From a virus: a DNA stretch of 64,000 bases. Positions within the stretch are counted from its first letter, which is position 1. Each line of letters starts with the position of its first letter. The DNA is taken from IMG/VR virus record IMGVR_UViG_3300024255_001088, one strand, 5' to 3'. Positions 39,719-49,519 of the stretch are shown in pieces. Under the pieces are notes generated by a model that was not told the origin of the DNA, made no database searches, and saw only the letters and a program-made list of their open reading frames with translations. The translations under genes were made by a program, and so were the position numbers.

Positions 39719-40261
39719 ATGGCAAAAAACGCAAAACAACAAGAACACTATGTTAATAACAAAGAGTTCACAGCCGCAGTCGCCGAGTTTAACGAGAAAG
39801 TAAAGCTCGCCCAGGCAGAAGGTAAAACACCTCCGCAAATGTCTAACTACATAGGAGAGTGCATCTATAAGATTGCTACTCGACTATCTACAAGACCAAA
39901 CTTCATAAACTACACTTACAGAGATGAAATGATATGTGATGGTATAGAGAATTGCATACAATATATCAAAAACTTCAATGTAGAAAAATCAAACAATGCT
40001 TTTGCTTATATAACGCAAATTTGTTATTATGCTTTCTTAAGAAGAATTCAGAAAGAAAAGAAACAAGTTTACATTAAGCAACAAGTCATATCAGACATAA
40101 CACAAGAAACACTGGATTCCATAGACGGCGATACAACTGGAATGGTCAATACCAATGTAGAGTGGATGCAAGACAACATGAATCATGTTGAGTATCAACC
40201 ACGAAAAACCAAAAGAGAAAAAACAAAGAAAGAAAAAGGTCTGGATAAATTTACTGAATGA
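39719..40261 (+). CDS. gp55: Late-transcription sigma factor
   Basis: 'HYVNNKEF', 'NF.NYTYRDEMI.DG.EN', 'FAY.TQI.YYAFLRRIQKEK'. Confidence 0.96.
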   Translation: MAKNAKQQEHYVNNKEFTAAVAEFNEKVKLAQAEGKTPPQMSNYIGECIYKIATRLSTRPNFINYTYRDEMICDGIENCIQYIKNFNVEKSNNAFAYITQICYYAFLRRIQKEKKQVYIKQQVISDITQETLDSIDGDTTGMVNTNVEWMQDNMNHVEYQPRKTKREKTKKEKGLDKFTE

Positions 40262-41325
40262 AAATAGCGATTCTTAACGACACACATGCTGGTGTTCGTG
40301 GCGATATGTTGGAGATGTCCAAATATCAAGGCAGATTTTATGAGGAAGTATTCTTCCCATACTTAGATGAACACGACATCAAACACATATTACACTTGGG
40401 CGATTACTTCGACAGAAGAAAGTTTGTAAACTTCGCCTCTCTAAAAGCAAATAGAGACCACTTCATCAAACCAATGCTAGAAAGAGGCATCTCTATGGAT
40501 TTGATATTGGGTAATCATGATGTCTACTATAAGAATACGAATGAAGTAAATGCACCAGAGTTATTACTATTCGAAAGTGATTCGATTAATATTATACATC
40601 ATCCCATTGTAAAAGAATTTGACGGAGTTAATCTCGCACTTGTTCCTTGGATTAATAATGAGAACTATGCTGATAGTATAGATTTTCTACTCAGTGCAAA
40701 TGCAGATACATGTATGGGTCACTTTGAAATTGAAGGTGCATTGATGATGCCAGGCATGACATGTCAACATGGTCTAGACCACACATATCTAAAACGATTT
40801 GACAAAGTTTATAGTGGTCACTTTCATCAAAAGTCTGAAGTTAAGAACATCAAGTATCTAGGTTCTCAAATGGAATTTACATGGTCAGATTATGGAGATA
40901 ACAAATACTTTCATATCTTTGACACTGAGACAAGAGAGATGATGCCAGTTCATAATCCTTTGACTATGTTTGAGAAAGTATTTTACGATGATAGTAAAGA
41001 AACATTTGAGACAATCAGTAATAAAGATTATTCAAAGTACACAGGTAAATTCTGTAAAGTTATCGTAGTAAACAAAGACAATCCATACTGGTTCGATTCG
41101 ATGGTCGATAAATTACATTCTGCTAATCCTTTGCATGTTGTAGTTGTAGATGACCACAAACATATGGACTTAATGGACGATGATGACATTGAGGGTGTAG
41201 AAGACACTCTTACAATATTAGAGAAGTATGTAGACGGTCTGGAAATACAAGGTCAGAAAAAACCACTTCTCGAATTGATGACTTCGTTGTATAATGAAGC
41301 ACTTGAAGAACATAATTACCTATGA
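40258..41325 (+). CDS. gp47: Recombination nuclease (Mre11-like)
   Basis: 'DTH.G', 'LGDYFDRR', 'GNHD', 'SGHFH'. Confidence 0.95.
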   Translation: MKIAILNDTHAGVRGDMLEMSKYQGRFYEEVFFPYLDEHDIKHILHLGDYFDRRKFVNFASLKANRDHFIKPMLERGISMDLILGNHDVYYKNTNEVNAPELLLFESDSINIIHHPIVKEFDGVNLALVPWINNENYADSIDFLLSANADTCMGHFEIEGALMMPGMTCQHGLDHTYLKRFDKVYSGHFHQKSEVKNIKYLGSQMEFTWSDYGDNKYFHIFDTETREMMPVHNPLTMFEKVFYDDSKETFETISNKDYSKYTGKFCKVIVVNKDNPYWFDSMVDKLHSANPLHVVVVDDHKHMDLMDDDDIEGVEDTLTILEKYVDGLEIQGQKKPLLELMTSLYNEALEEHNYL

Positions 41326-43040
41326 TTAATTTTAGCAAAATACGATACAAGAACTTGTTATCGTCTGGAAACACATTTACTAGTTTCGACCTAGACAGGT
41401 CGCAGACAACATTAATAGTTGGAGATAATGGTGCAGGCAAGTCCACACTGTTAGATGCATTGTGTTTTGTATTGTATGGTAAAGGTTTTCGTAATCTTAA
41501 AAAAGACTTATTGGTAAACTCTATCAACCAAAAAGACCTAGTAGTAGAGATAGAATTTACAGTTGGTAGAAAATCATACAAAGTTATAAGAGGTGCTAAA
41601 CCAAATAAGTTTGAGTTATATGTCAATGGTACAATGCTCAATCAAGATGCAACAGTTAGAGATTATCAAGAACACTTAGAGAAGAACATTCTTAAAATGT
41701 CCTTTCGTTCATTTACTCAAGTTGCAGTATTGGGTTCTGCTAACTTTACTCCCTTTATGCAATTAAAGTCAGTAGAAAGAAGAAGACTAGTAGAAGACTT
41801 ACTGGATATAAGTATCTTTTCTACCATGCAAGATATACTTAAGAAGAAAGTCACCCAACACAATATAGATGTCAGAGAAACTAAACACGAAACAGAATTA
41901 CTAGAAGAAAGAATTAGTGGTCTTAATGAACAGATGAGTCTACTACAAAAGAATCGTGACAAGAAGATTGCGAAGTATGAAAATACAATACAAGAAACTC
42001 AGAATAACATAACTTCTGTTATGAAAAGTATTGGTGTAAAACAAGACGAAGTAAAAGATAAACAAAGGTCTATATCAGATAGAGACCCACAAGGCGATAG
42101 ACTCAAAAAAGCATTAGATTTAGAGAAGAGACTTGAAGATTCTCAGAAGAAGGCACTTAAAGAAATTGAGTTCTATCAAAACAACGATGATTGTCCAGTA
42201 TGTAAACAAGGATTAGATGAAGACCACAAGACGAAATGCATTAAAGAAAAATCAGATAAGGTTGCAGAGCTCAAGACGGCAGTTCTTTCAATTGGAGAAA
42301 CCATCGAAGCATCCAGAAATAGAATGGCGGAAATACAAACCGTCATCGGAGAAATAGAAGAAATTCAGAGAAAGATTGGTTTACACCAAACAGAAGTTTT
42401 ATCTAATCAGAAATATGTAGAAAAACTCAATAGCGAAGTAAAAGACTTACAAAGTGAGATTAATGCTGACTCTGGTGTAAGTGATAGACTTACAAGTGCT
42501 GAAGATGATTTAGATAAATTACACACTAAGAAAGAAAGTTTAACAGATAGACAACATTACTTTGACCTTGCAACAACTCTATTAAGAGACCAAGGTGTAA
42601 GACAGAGAATCATCAAACAGTATGTACCAGTCATGAACAAGATGATTAACAAGTATCTTGCAAATTTAGAATTCTATGTTGGATTTGAATTGAATGAATC
42701 ATTCGAAGAAACAATCAAGTCCAGATTTAGAGATATATTTAAGTATGATAACTTCTCACAAGGAGAGAAGATGAGAATTGACCTTTCGTTGTTGTTCACA
42801 TGGAGAGCAGTCGCAAGAATCAAAAACTCAGTAAACACCAACATACTTATACTAGACGAGGTGTTTGATTCTTCTTTAGATTCACAAGGTACAGATGATT
42901 TCTTAAAATTACTGAACTCACTGAATGAGAAGACAAATGCATTTATTATCTCCCATAAAGGAGACCAACTATATGATAAGTTTGAAGAAGTGGTTCGATT
43001 TGAGAAACACAAGAACTTCAGCCGTATCGCAATTTCATAA
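41322..43040 (+). CDS. gp46: Recombination ATPase (Rad50-like)
   Basis: 'G.NGAGKST', CPVC zinc hook, 'FSQGE', 'LDEVFD'. Confidence 0.96.
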   Translation: MINFSKIRYKNLLSSGNTFTSFDLDRSQTTLIVGDNGAGKSTLLDALCFVLYGKGFRNLKKDLLVNSINQKDLVVEIEFTVGRKSYKVIRGAKPNKFELYVNGTMLNQDATVRDYQEHLEKNILKMSFRSFTQVAVLGSANFTPFMQLKSVERRRLVEDLLDISIFSTMQDILKKKVTQHNIDVRETKHETELLEERISGLNEQMSLLQKNRDKKIAKYENTIQETQNNITSVMKSIGVKQDEVKDKQRSISDRDPQGDRLKKALDLEKRLEDSQKKALKEIEFYQNNDDCPVCKQGLDEDHKTKCIKEKSDKVAELKTAVLSIGETIEASRNRMAEIQTVIGEIEEIQRKIGLHQTEVLSNQKYVEKLNSEVKDLQSEINADSGVSDRLTSAEDDLDKLHTKKESLTDRQHYFDLATTLLRDQGVRQRIIKQYVPVMNKMINKYLANLEFYVGFELNESFEETIKSRFRDIFKYDNFSQGEKMRIDLSLLFTWRAVARIKNSVNTNILILDEVFDSSLDSQGTDDFLKLLNSLNEKTNAFIISHKGDQLYDKFEEVVRFEKHKNFSRIAIS

Positions 43041-43048
43041 ATAAAACT

Positions 43049-43684
43049 ATGTATCAATTAATAGAAGAAGCATCACAAGTATTAAGAACTCCACCTCCGG
43101 AGTTTGACTTTGAAAATCCACCAGAAGACCCAATTGAAATTGCCAAGAACCTGGCAGAGGCAATGGACAAATTTGGGGGTTTAGGTCTATCGGCAAATCA
43201 AGTTGGTTTACCATATAGATTATTTGTTATGAGAACTATGCACGAGGGTGACGAAGAGTCTAAAGTTCTTCCTTATTTCAACCCTAAGTTGACTAGAGTA
43301 TCTCAAGAAACAGATTTAATGAAAGAGGGTTGTCTATCCTTTCCAGATTTATTCTTAATGATTAAAAGGTCTAAGACAATCGAATTTACATATCAAGATG
43401 AAACAGGTGAAGAGAAAAGTGCTGTACTAGAAGGCATAGGTGCAAGATGTGTGCAACACGAAATTGACCACCTGAACGGTATACTGTTTTTACAGAGAGC
43501 ATCTAGATTAAAACTTGAAAGAGCCCAAAAGGCAAGAGTAAAAGAAAGAAAGAAGAGGTTAGAGTATGAAAGAAGAATTGCACTGGCAAGATACTTCCAA
43601 GGAATGCAATCCACCAAAGATGATTCAGAATCTATTGACACCACAACAGTGTCAAGAGATGATAGAGTTTCACAAGAGTCATAA
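43049..43684 (+). CDS. def: Peptide deformylase
   Basis: GLGLSANQVG, EGCLS, QHEIDH. Confidence 0.93.
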   Translation: MYQLIEEASQVLRTPPPEFDFENPPEDPIEIAKNLAEAMDKFGGLGLSANQVGLPYRLFVMRTMHEGDEESKVLPYFNPKLTRVSQETDLMKEGCLSFPDLFLMIKRSKTIEFTYQDETGEEKSAVLEGIGARCVQHEIDHLNGILFLQRASRLKLERAQKARVKERKKRLEYERRIALARYFQGMQSTKDDSESIDTTTVSRDDRVSQES

Positions 43685-44201
43685 ACACTTAACAGCAATT
43701 GGTGATGGGTCTGATTACACAGGTATCAGACTTATGCATATTAAGAATAATTATATCAGAAAATGTATGGCCGAAGTTATGGTCAATCTTGTAGGCGAAA
43801 TAAGAAAGATATCAGACCAAGTTGTATTTCCTGAAATGGTGGGTCTTAATGAATGGCCAATAGGTGGTGTTCAAGAACCACATTTAGACACATACTCAAA
43901 TCAACAGATGAACGCCGGAACACACGAAGACAAACCTGCTAGAGAATGGACTTGTATTCTTTATCTCAATGATAATTTTAGAGGTGGTAGAACCTATATT
44001 CCAGATGGCGAAATCTATGAACCTGAAACAGGTTCTGGTCTTTTGTTTCAAGGTATTTACATACCACATGGTGTTCAAAAGGTTAGAAGACACCCACGAC
44101 ATACAATCTCAATGTGGTTCACCACAGACATCGATAGAGCCATGCCTATATATCCAGTCGATGACCTAAATCTAAACGAAGACACTATTCGAAATACCTA
44201 G
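43620..44201 (+). CDS. 2OG-Fe(II) oxygenase (prolyl 4-hydroxylase-like)
   Basis: HLD, 'ILYLNDNF.GG', 'HGV..V....R.T...W'; start placed at ATG 43620. Confidence 0.82.
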   Translation: MIQNLLTPQQCQEMIEFHKSHKHLTAIGDGSDYTGIRLMHIKNNYIRKCMAEVMVNLVGEIRKISDQVVFPEMVGLNEWPIGGVQEPHLDTYSNQQMNAGTHEDKPAREWTCILYLNDNFRGGRTYIPDGEIYEPETGSGLLFQGIYIPHGVQKVRRHPRHTISMWFTTDIDRAMPIYPVDDLNLNEDTIRNT

Positions 44202-44234
44202 GGGTTGACAGCGACCCTAACTTTTTGTTATCCT
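44200..44234 (+). promoter_or_regulatory. Early sigma70-like promoter, repeated element copy 1
   Basis: GGGGTTGACAGCGACCCTAACTTTTTGTTATCCT. Confidence 0.7.
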
Positions 44235-44260
44235 ACTCCTGAATCAAAAAAGGAGAAGAA

Positions 44261-44455
44261 ATGGGACACCCAACAGAAACACAAATCATGAATAAACTCA
44301 TAGAAATAGGAGATGAACTGGCGAGCCAGCTAAGTCAACTAGAATCTAATTTAGATAGTTTATCATCAAGTATAAGTTCATTAGAATCAGATATAGGTTC
44401 TATATCATCTGAAGTAAGTAATATTGAATCGATGGTCAATTCGCTCGAGGGTTGA
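44261..44455 (+). CDS. Small Ser-rich coiled-coil protein
   Basis: SD AAGGAG; L/I heptads. Confidence 0.65.
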   Translation: MGHPTETQIMNKLIEIGDELASQLSQLESNLDSLSSSISSLESDIGSISSEVSNIESMVNSLEG

Positions 44456-44481
44456 CAATGACCCTCACTTTTTGATAGGAT
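44448..44481 (+). promoter_or_regulatory. Early sigma70-like promoter, repeated element copy 2
   Basis: AGGGTTGACAATGACCCTCACTTTTTGATAGGAT. Confidence 0.75.
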
Positions 44482-44487
44482 ATAAAC

Positions 44488-46866
44488 ATGACAGAAAAAC
44501 TTAAAAACCAAAAAGACTCTCTCGCAAGATTAATGGCAACAGAAAATCTTACGATTGTACATAAAAAAATACCGACTGCATACTTTGATGTTAAGAATAG
44601 GGTACTTGCTTGTCCTACTTTCAAAGATGATATTTCTCCTGAACTATATGACTTGTTCATGGGACACGAAGTTGGCCACGCACTGAATACTCCTTACGAG
44701 GGACTTCACTCTACACTAACTGAGAATAGAACTCTTAAGGGTTATCTTAATGTTGTTGAAGATGTAAGAATCGAGAAGGCAATCAAACAAAAGTATCAAG
44801 GGTTGAGAACTTCTTTCTTTAAGGCATACAATGAACTTATGGAAAAAAACTTCTTCGGCATCGAGGGCAGAAACTTACAAGAACTTGCATTGATTGACAA
44901 AATCAATCTTATTACTAAGTGTGGTTCTAGAGTCAACATCAAACTAAATGAGACCGAACAAGAATTCTTAGACATGGCAGAATCATGTAAGACTTGGGAA
45001 GAAGTTGTCGAATGTGCAAATTCAATCTACGAATACTCTAAAGAAAATGAAGAGAGAGATGAAGAAGACGAAAAACTTTCTAAGATGCAAATGCCTGAAT
45101 CAGAAGATGATGATGAAGAAGACGAGACTGAATCATCTCCAATGAGTGGTGAAGAGTCAGATGATGAACCAGAGAGTGAAGAAGAAGAAGATAAATCAAA
45201 CGCTGAGGGCGACATAGAAGAAGAGGGTGATAAAGTTGAAGAGACTCTTGTAGAATCTGGCGCCAAGGGTGGCAAGTTCGATGGCAAATATGATGAATTA
45301 GATGGCGCTAGAGAATCAATCACTGAACACTATGCACATAATAATGAAGATGATTTTGTTGACGAAAAGGCAAACATCAAAACTAATATTGATTTGAGAA
45401 CTAGATTCAAAAGTACTGATATAGATGCAATGATTTATGACAACAAACAAATTACATCTGATTGGCAGAGTTGGTTTGCTGGTGTTGACTATGACAAGTT
45501 GATAAAAGAAGACCCAAGATACTACACTGAAGAGAGAAAACAAGAAACTGTCAACGAGAGAAGTAATACTTTAGTTCTTGGTAAACATTACAGAAAACAT
45601 CTTCAAAACAAAAACAAAAAGATTGTTGCCCATATGGCAAAAGAGTTTGAGTTAAGACAAAATGCACATAGAAGTGCAAAGGCATATACAGGCACTAGTG
45701 GTGACCTTGATATGAATAGACTTGCTAAGTATCAGATTGTAGATGATATCTTCAAAAGAGTCACTTACATTCCAGATGGCAAGAACCATGGTGTCAATGT
45801 TTTACTTGACTGGTCTGGTTCTATTCACAACGAAGCTGCTGACATGTTAGAACAATCAATTATACTTTCAGAGTTCTGTAGAAAAGTAAACATTCCTTAC
45901 AGAGTATATCTCTTCTCAGATTCTATTGTAAGACAAGACAGACTTGACTACTCAAGTGGCAAGGCAAAACTTGTTGAGATTATGTCTAACGAAATATCTA
46001 ATAGAAAATATTCAGAGATGCTAGATTACTTATCTTGTATCCTTGTTGGGTACATGCACAATGAACTTCATGATTGCTGGGGTGGTTCACCAAAGGGAAT
46101 AAAACTTGTTGAAGAATACAATTCAGTATTCAGTTCTATTCAAGAATGGGAATCAGGTAGTTCATATTGGGGTGATGCAAGATTCTCAAGATACTGCTGT
46201 CCTGAAAATTATAGATTGGGTGGTACACCACTTGACGAATGCCTAGTTGCTATGAGAAAATTCTTACCAGAGTTCAACAGACAGTATGGTATTGAGAAAT
46301 CAATTCTAACAATCATCACCGATGGGTTCAGTTTCAGAAGTGACTTCTTTGAAGAATCAGAAGTTGAGTCTGCTGACTATAAGGCTCAGGCAGGCGATGA
46401 TTACTACTGGTCTGCTCAGAGAGAGAGAAGTTTCATTGACCCATACATCAACAAGAACTTCCTTTACACGACTAATTCAAGATATGGTAGAAACGACTTC
46501 GAGAAAACTCAAAACATCTTAGAGTGGTTATCAGAAACTTGTAATGTGACCGTGACTGGTTACTTTGTCTTCACCAAGAAAAGAGACTTTCAACAAATGG
46601 GTGAATACATTATACCAAACTTTTGGGAAGAAGTTGATGGGTTGTGGAGAGATATGAGAAAATCAGGTGTAGTAGTTGACACCAAGGGTTACAACAAATT
46701 GTTCTTGACCACTGCATCTAATCTTGCTACGACAGGCGAAGATGAACTTGGCGAAGAGTTCATTGGTGCAAACAAAAACAGAGTGACTGCCGCTTTCAAA
46801 AGAAATCAGAAAGGCAAGTCAACATCAAGATTTCTAACTAACGAATTTATAAAGGAGATTGCATAA
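44488..46866 (+). CDS. HExxH metallopeptidase-like + VWA (MIDAS) domain protein (CobT-like partner of the AAA ATPase)
   Basis: HEVGH...EDVRIE, acidic linker, DWSGS, GGTP, ITDG. Confidence 0.8.
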   Translation: MTEKLKNQKDSLARLMATENLTIVHKKIPTAYFDVKNRVLACPTFKDDISPELYDLFMGHEVGHALNTPYEGLHSTLTENRTLKGYLNVVEDVRIEKAIKQKYQGLRTSFFKAYNELMEKNFFGIEGRNLQELALIDKINLITKCGSRVNIKLNETEQEFLDMAESCKTWEEVVECANSIYEYSKENEERDEEDEKLSKMQMPESEDDDEEDETESSPMSGEESDDEPESEEEEDKSNAEGDIEEEGDKVEETLVESGAKGGKFDGKYDELDGARESITEHYAHNNEDDFVDEKANIKTNIDLRTRFKSTDIDAMIYDNKQITSDWQSWFAGVDYDKLIKEDPRYYTEERKQETVNERSNTLVLGKHYRKHLQNKNKKIVAHMAKEFELRQNAHRSAKAYTGTSGDLDMNRLAKYQIVDDIFKRVTYIPDGKNHGVNVLLDWSGSIHNEAADMLEQSIILSEFCRKVNIPYRVYLFSDSIVRQDRLDYSSGKAKLVEIMSNEISNRKYSEMLDYLSCILVGYMHNELHDCWGGSPKGIKLVEEYNSVFSSIQEWESGSSYWGDARFSRYCCPENYRLGGTPLDECLVAMRKFLPEFNRQYGIEKSILTIITDGFSFRSDFFEESEVESADYKAQAGDDYYWSAQRERSFIDPYINKNFLYTTNSRYGRNDFEKTQNILEWLSETCNVTVTGYFVFTKKRDFQQMGEYIIPNFWEEVDGLWRDMRKSGVVVDTKGYNKLFLTTASNLATTGEDELGEEFIGANKNRVTAAFKRNQKGKSTSRFLTNEFIKEIA

Positions 46867-47099
46867 TGGAAATGATAGGTACTATTAATATTGATAAATT
46901 TCAAGACGCCATACAACAGGTCGGTAAAGGACCTTGCGTAAAGTTTGATTGCCCTAGGCAAAAGGCTTGTGGCGAAGAAGAGGTTGAATGTAAGGCATTT
47001 AGGTTTTGGGTTAACAACGACTCATACACCACAATGAGAAAAGGTCAGAAGACCTCTATTGCAATTGACATGGAAAGATTACTAAAAGAAATTGAATAG
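46866..47099 (+). CDS. Small Cys-containing protein
   Basis: Four Cys ('PC...DC....AC......C.AF..W'). Confidence 0.55.
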   Translation: MEMIGTINIDKFQDAIQQVGKGPCVKFDCPRQKACGEEEVECKAFRFWVNNDSYTTMRKGQKTSIAIDMERLLKEIE

Positions 47100-47131
47100 G
47101 GTTGACAATGACCCTAACTTTTTGATAGGAT
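47098..47131 (+). promoter_or_regulatory. Early sigma70-like promoter, repeated element copy 3
   Basis: AGGGTTGACAATGACCCTAACTTTTTGATAGGAT. Confidence 0.75.
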
Positions 47132-47173
47132 AATAACTGATGAGAAATAAAACTACTTTAACGGAGACAAATT

Positions 47174-48406
47174 ATGAGTAAGTGGACATACGACCCAACA
47201 GAGTCGATAAATCTGGGAGATAAAAATTTCCACCTGACACCTGACAGGAAAGAATTCATTCAGGCATTAAAGGAGAAATATCCGAATCAATTGCAATTCT
47301 CGAAAGAGCAGTTCAATTCATTGGGCCATTTTCCATACTGGTTGAAATCAAACAGGTACAATTTTAAAGATGGTGCTGTTTTCAATCTAACACCAATCCT
47401 TGCGATTGATAATAACGGTACGACTGTTGCAGTTTCTAAACCAGAACCTTTAACAGTTCCAAAAGTTGCACCTCAAGTTCAACAAATGCCAGTTGCCGCT
47501 GCTACTGCTTCGGTCAACATGATTGATGATAATGTAAAAATCATTCCAGAAAAAATGCCAAACTATGTACCGTTTGGTCATGCTAAAGATGTCAAGAACA
47601 TAATCAACTCTAAAATGTTCTTCCCTTTCTTTGTGACTGGTCTTTCAGGTAATGGTAAAACATTAATGATTGAACAAACTTGTGCTCAATTGAAGAGAGA
47701 ACTCTTCAGAGTCAATATCACTATTGAGACAGACGAAGACGACCTAATGGGTGGTCACACTTTGCAGAATGGCAACATCATCTTCAGAGAAGGTCCAGTT
47801 ATCAAGGCAATGAGAAAAGGCGCTGTATTACTTCTTGACGAAGTAGACTTAGGGTCTAACAAAATGATGTGTCTACAATCAGTTCTTGAGGGCAAAGGTT
47901 ACCTTATCAAGAAAACTGGTGAGTGGGTCACACCGACACCAGGGTTTACTGTTGTCGCTACTGCCAACACCAAGGGCCAAGGGTCTGAAGATGGCAAGTT
48001 CATTGGTACTCAAATCATGAATGAGGCGATGCTTGAAAGATTCGCTATCACGATGCAACAAGAATATCCACCAGTGACTACTGAGAGAAATATTCTGAAA
48101 CAAGAAATGGCTTTGACTGGCGATGTCGATGAAGACTTCGTTAAGAAACTAGTTGATTGGGCTGACATAATCAGAAAAACTTATTATGAAGGCGCCATTG
48201 ATGATGTGATTACAACAAGAAGACTTGTTCACATTGTCAGTGCTTACAAGATGTTTGGTGACAAACTCAAGGCGATTACAATGTGCATATCTAGATTCGA
48301 TGAAGAAACTAGAAATGCTGTTCTAGACCTCTACACCAAAGTTGACGATGGTGTTCATTTAGAAAACTCTATTGACGATTCAGAGTCTTCAGAGTATAAT
48401 GATTAA
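47174..48406 (+). CDS. cobS: MoxR/CobS-like AAA+ ATPase
   Basis: GLSGNGKT, LLLDEVD, 'ATANTKG.G', 'A.LERF', 'TRRLVH'. Confidence 0.85.
   Translation: MSKWTYDPTESINLGDKNFHLTPDRKEFIQALKEKYPNQLQFSKEQFNSLGHFPYWLKSNRYNFKDGAVFNLTPILAIDNNGTTVAVSKPEPLTVPKVAPQVQQMPVAAATASVNMIDDNVKIIPEKMPNYVPFGHAKDVKNIINSKMFFPFFVTGLSGNGKTLMIEQTCAQLKRELFRVNITIETDEDDLMGGHTLQNGNIIFREGPVIKAMRKGAVLLLDEVDLGSNKMMCLQSVLEGKGYLIKKTGEWVTPTPGFTVVATANTKGQGSEDGKFIGTQIMNEAMLERFAITMQQEYPPVTTERNILKQEMALTGDVDEDFVKKLVDWADIIRKTYYEGAIDDVITTRRLVHIVSAYKMFGDKLKAITMCISRFDEETRNAVLDLYTKVDDGVHLENSIDDSESSEYND
48372..48400 (+). promoter_or_regulatory. sigma70-like promoter
   Basis: TTGACG-N17-TATAAT. Confidence 0.7.
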
Positions 48407-48407
48407 T

Positions 48408-48743
48408 ATGGGTTTATTTACTAAGTCAACTAATACCAAAAGTGGTATTGACTACAAATACAATGAGGGAGAACTTCTAAAGGAGTTCTCTTCTTATGTA
48501 GACTCAACATATGACCAACACTACAGTCTGAACAAATATCAGGCAACTGAATTCATTATGGATGCAGGACACGGTGAAGGTTTCTGTATTGGGAATATTT
48601 TAAAGTATGCCCAACGATACGGCAAAAAAGGTGGGAAAAATCGTGCCGACCTTTTAAAGGTAATTCATTATGGATTCCTTGCATTGAACAATCACGATAA
48701 ATTAATGCTTGAAGAATCAGGCTATAAAGGAGACAAGAAATGA
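48408..48743 (+). CDS. DUF3310-like conserved phage protein
   Basis: 'TY.QHY', 'GFC.GNI.KYAQRYGKK', 'DL.K..HY'; start placed at ATG 48408, downstream of the promoter. Confidence 0.75.
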   Translation: MGLFTKSTNTKSGIDYKYNEGELLKEFSSYVDSTYDQHYSLNKYQATEFIMDAGHGEGFCIGNILKYAQRYGKKGGKNRADLLKVIHYGFLALNNHDKLMLEESGYKGDKK

Positions 48744-49405
48744 AAATTTCAAGTGAAACAAAGGCGATATTAAAAAACTTCGCTACTATTAATTCAGGTA
48801 TCAAAGTTGATTCAGGTAATCAACTTAAGACGATATCTAACATGAAGAATATTCTGGCAGTCGCAACGATACCAGAAACATTCGACAAGTCATTTAGTAT
48901 CTACAATCTAGTAGAATTTCTAGGTGCAACAAGTCTAATGGAGAATCCAGACTTCAACTTCAACGAAGCTTCGTTGGCGATTGCAGATGCTGATACATCT
49001 CTAACATATTTCTATGCCTCAGAGGGTATGGTCACTTCACCAGAGAAGATGATTACCATGCCAGATGCAGAGATTAGTATTGACTTAACTTCTACACTTC
49101 TAACTGAATTGCAAAAGGCAGCTTCAGTATTGGGTGTAAATGATTTAGTTCTTACATCCGATGGTACTAAAATCGAGATGCAAGTGACTGATAAAAAGAA
49201 CACAACTTCAAATACATTCAGTAGAACTGTAGGCGAAGGCAATGGTGCAACATTCACAATGAACTTCAAGATTGAGAACTTGAAAGTTTTAGATGGCAAC
49301 TATACAGTTGCAGTATCTTCTAAAGGCATCTCACACTTTAAGAATAAAGATGTAGATTTAGAGTACTTTATTGCTTTAGAACCAGATAGTTCTTACAGCG
49401 CTTAA
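48740..49405 (+). CDS. gp45: Sliding clamp
   Basis: 'LKNFA.IN', 'IY.L.EFL', 'FK.ENLK', 'YFIALE'. Confidence 0.95.
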   Translation: MKISSETKAILKNFATINSGIKVDSGNQLKTISNMKNILAVATIPETFDKSFSIYNLVEFLGATSLMENPDFNFNEASLAIADADTSLTYFYASEGMVTSPEKMITMPDAEISIDLTSTLLTELQKAASVLGVNDLVLTSDGTKIEMQVTDKKNTTSNTFSRTVGEGNGATFTMNFKIENLKVLDGNYTVAVSSKGISHFKNKDVDLEYFIALEPDSSYSA

Positions 49406-49519
49406 CATATATATTATGTGTGAAACAGCGCCAGTCTCCGCTACTTTCATGGGAGTATTAGAATCTCATCATCAATGGTCTAATACACGAACACTCGGAG
49501 GGGTTTGTTCTCTTTAATT

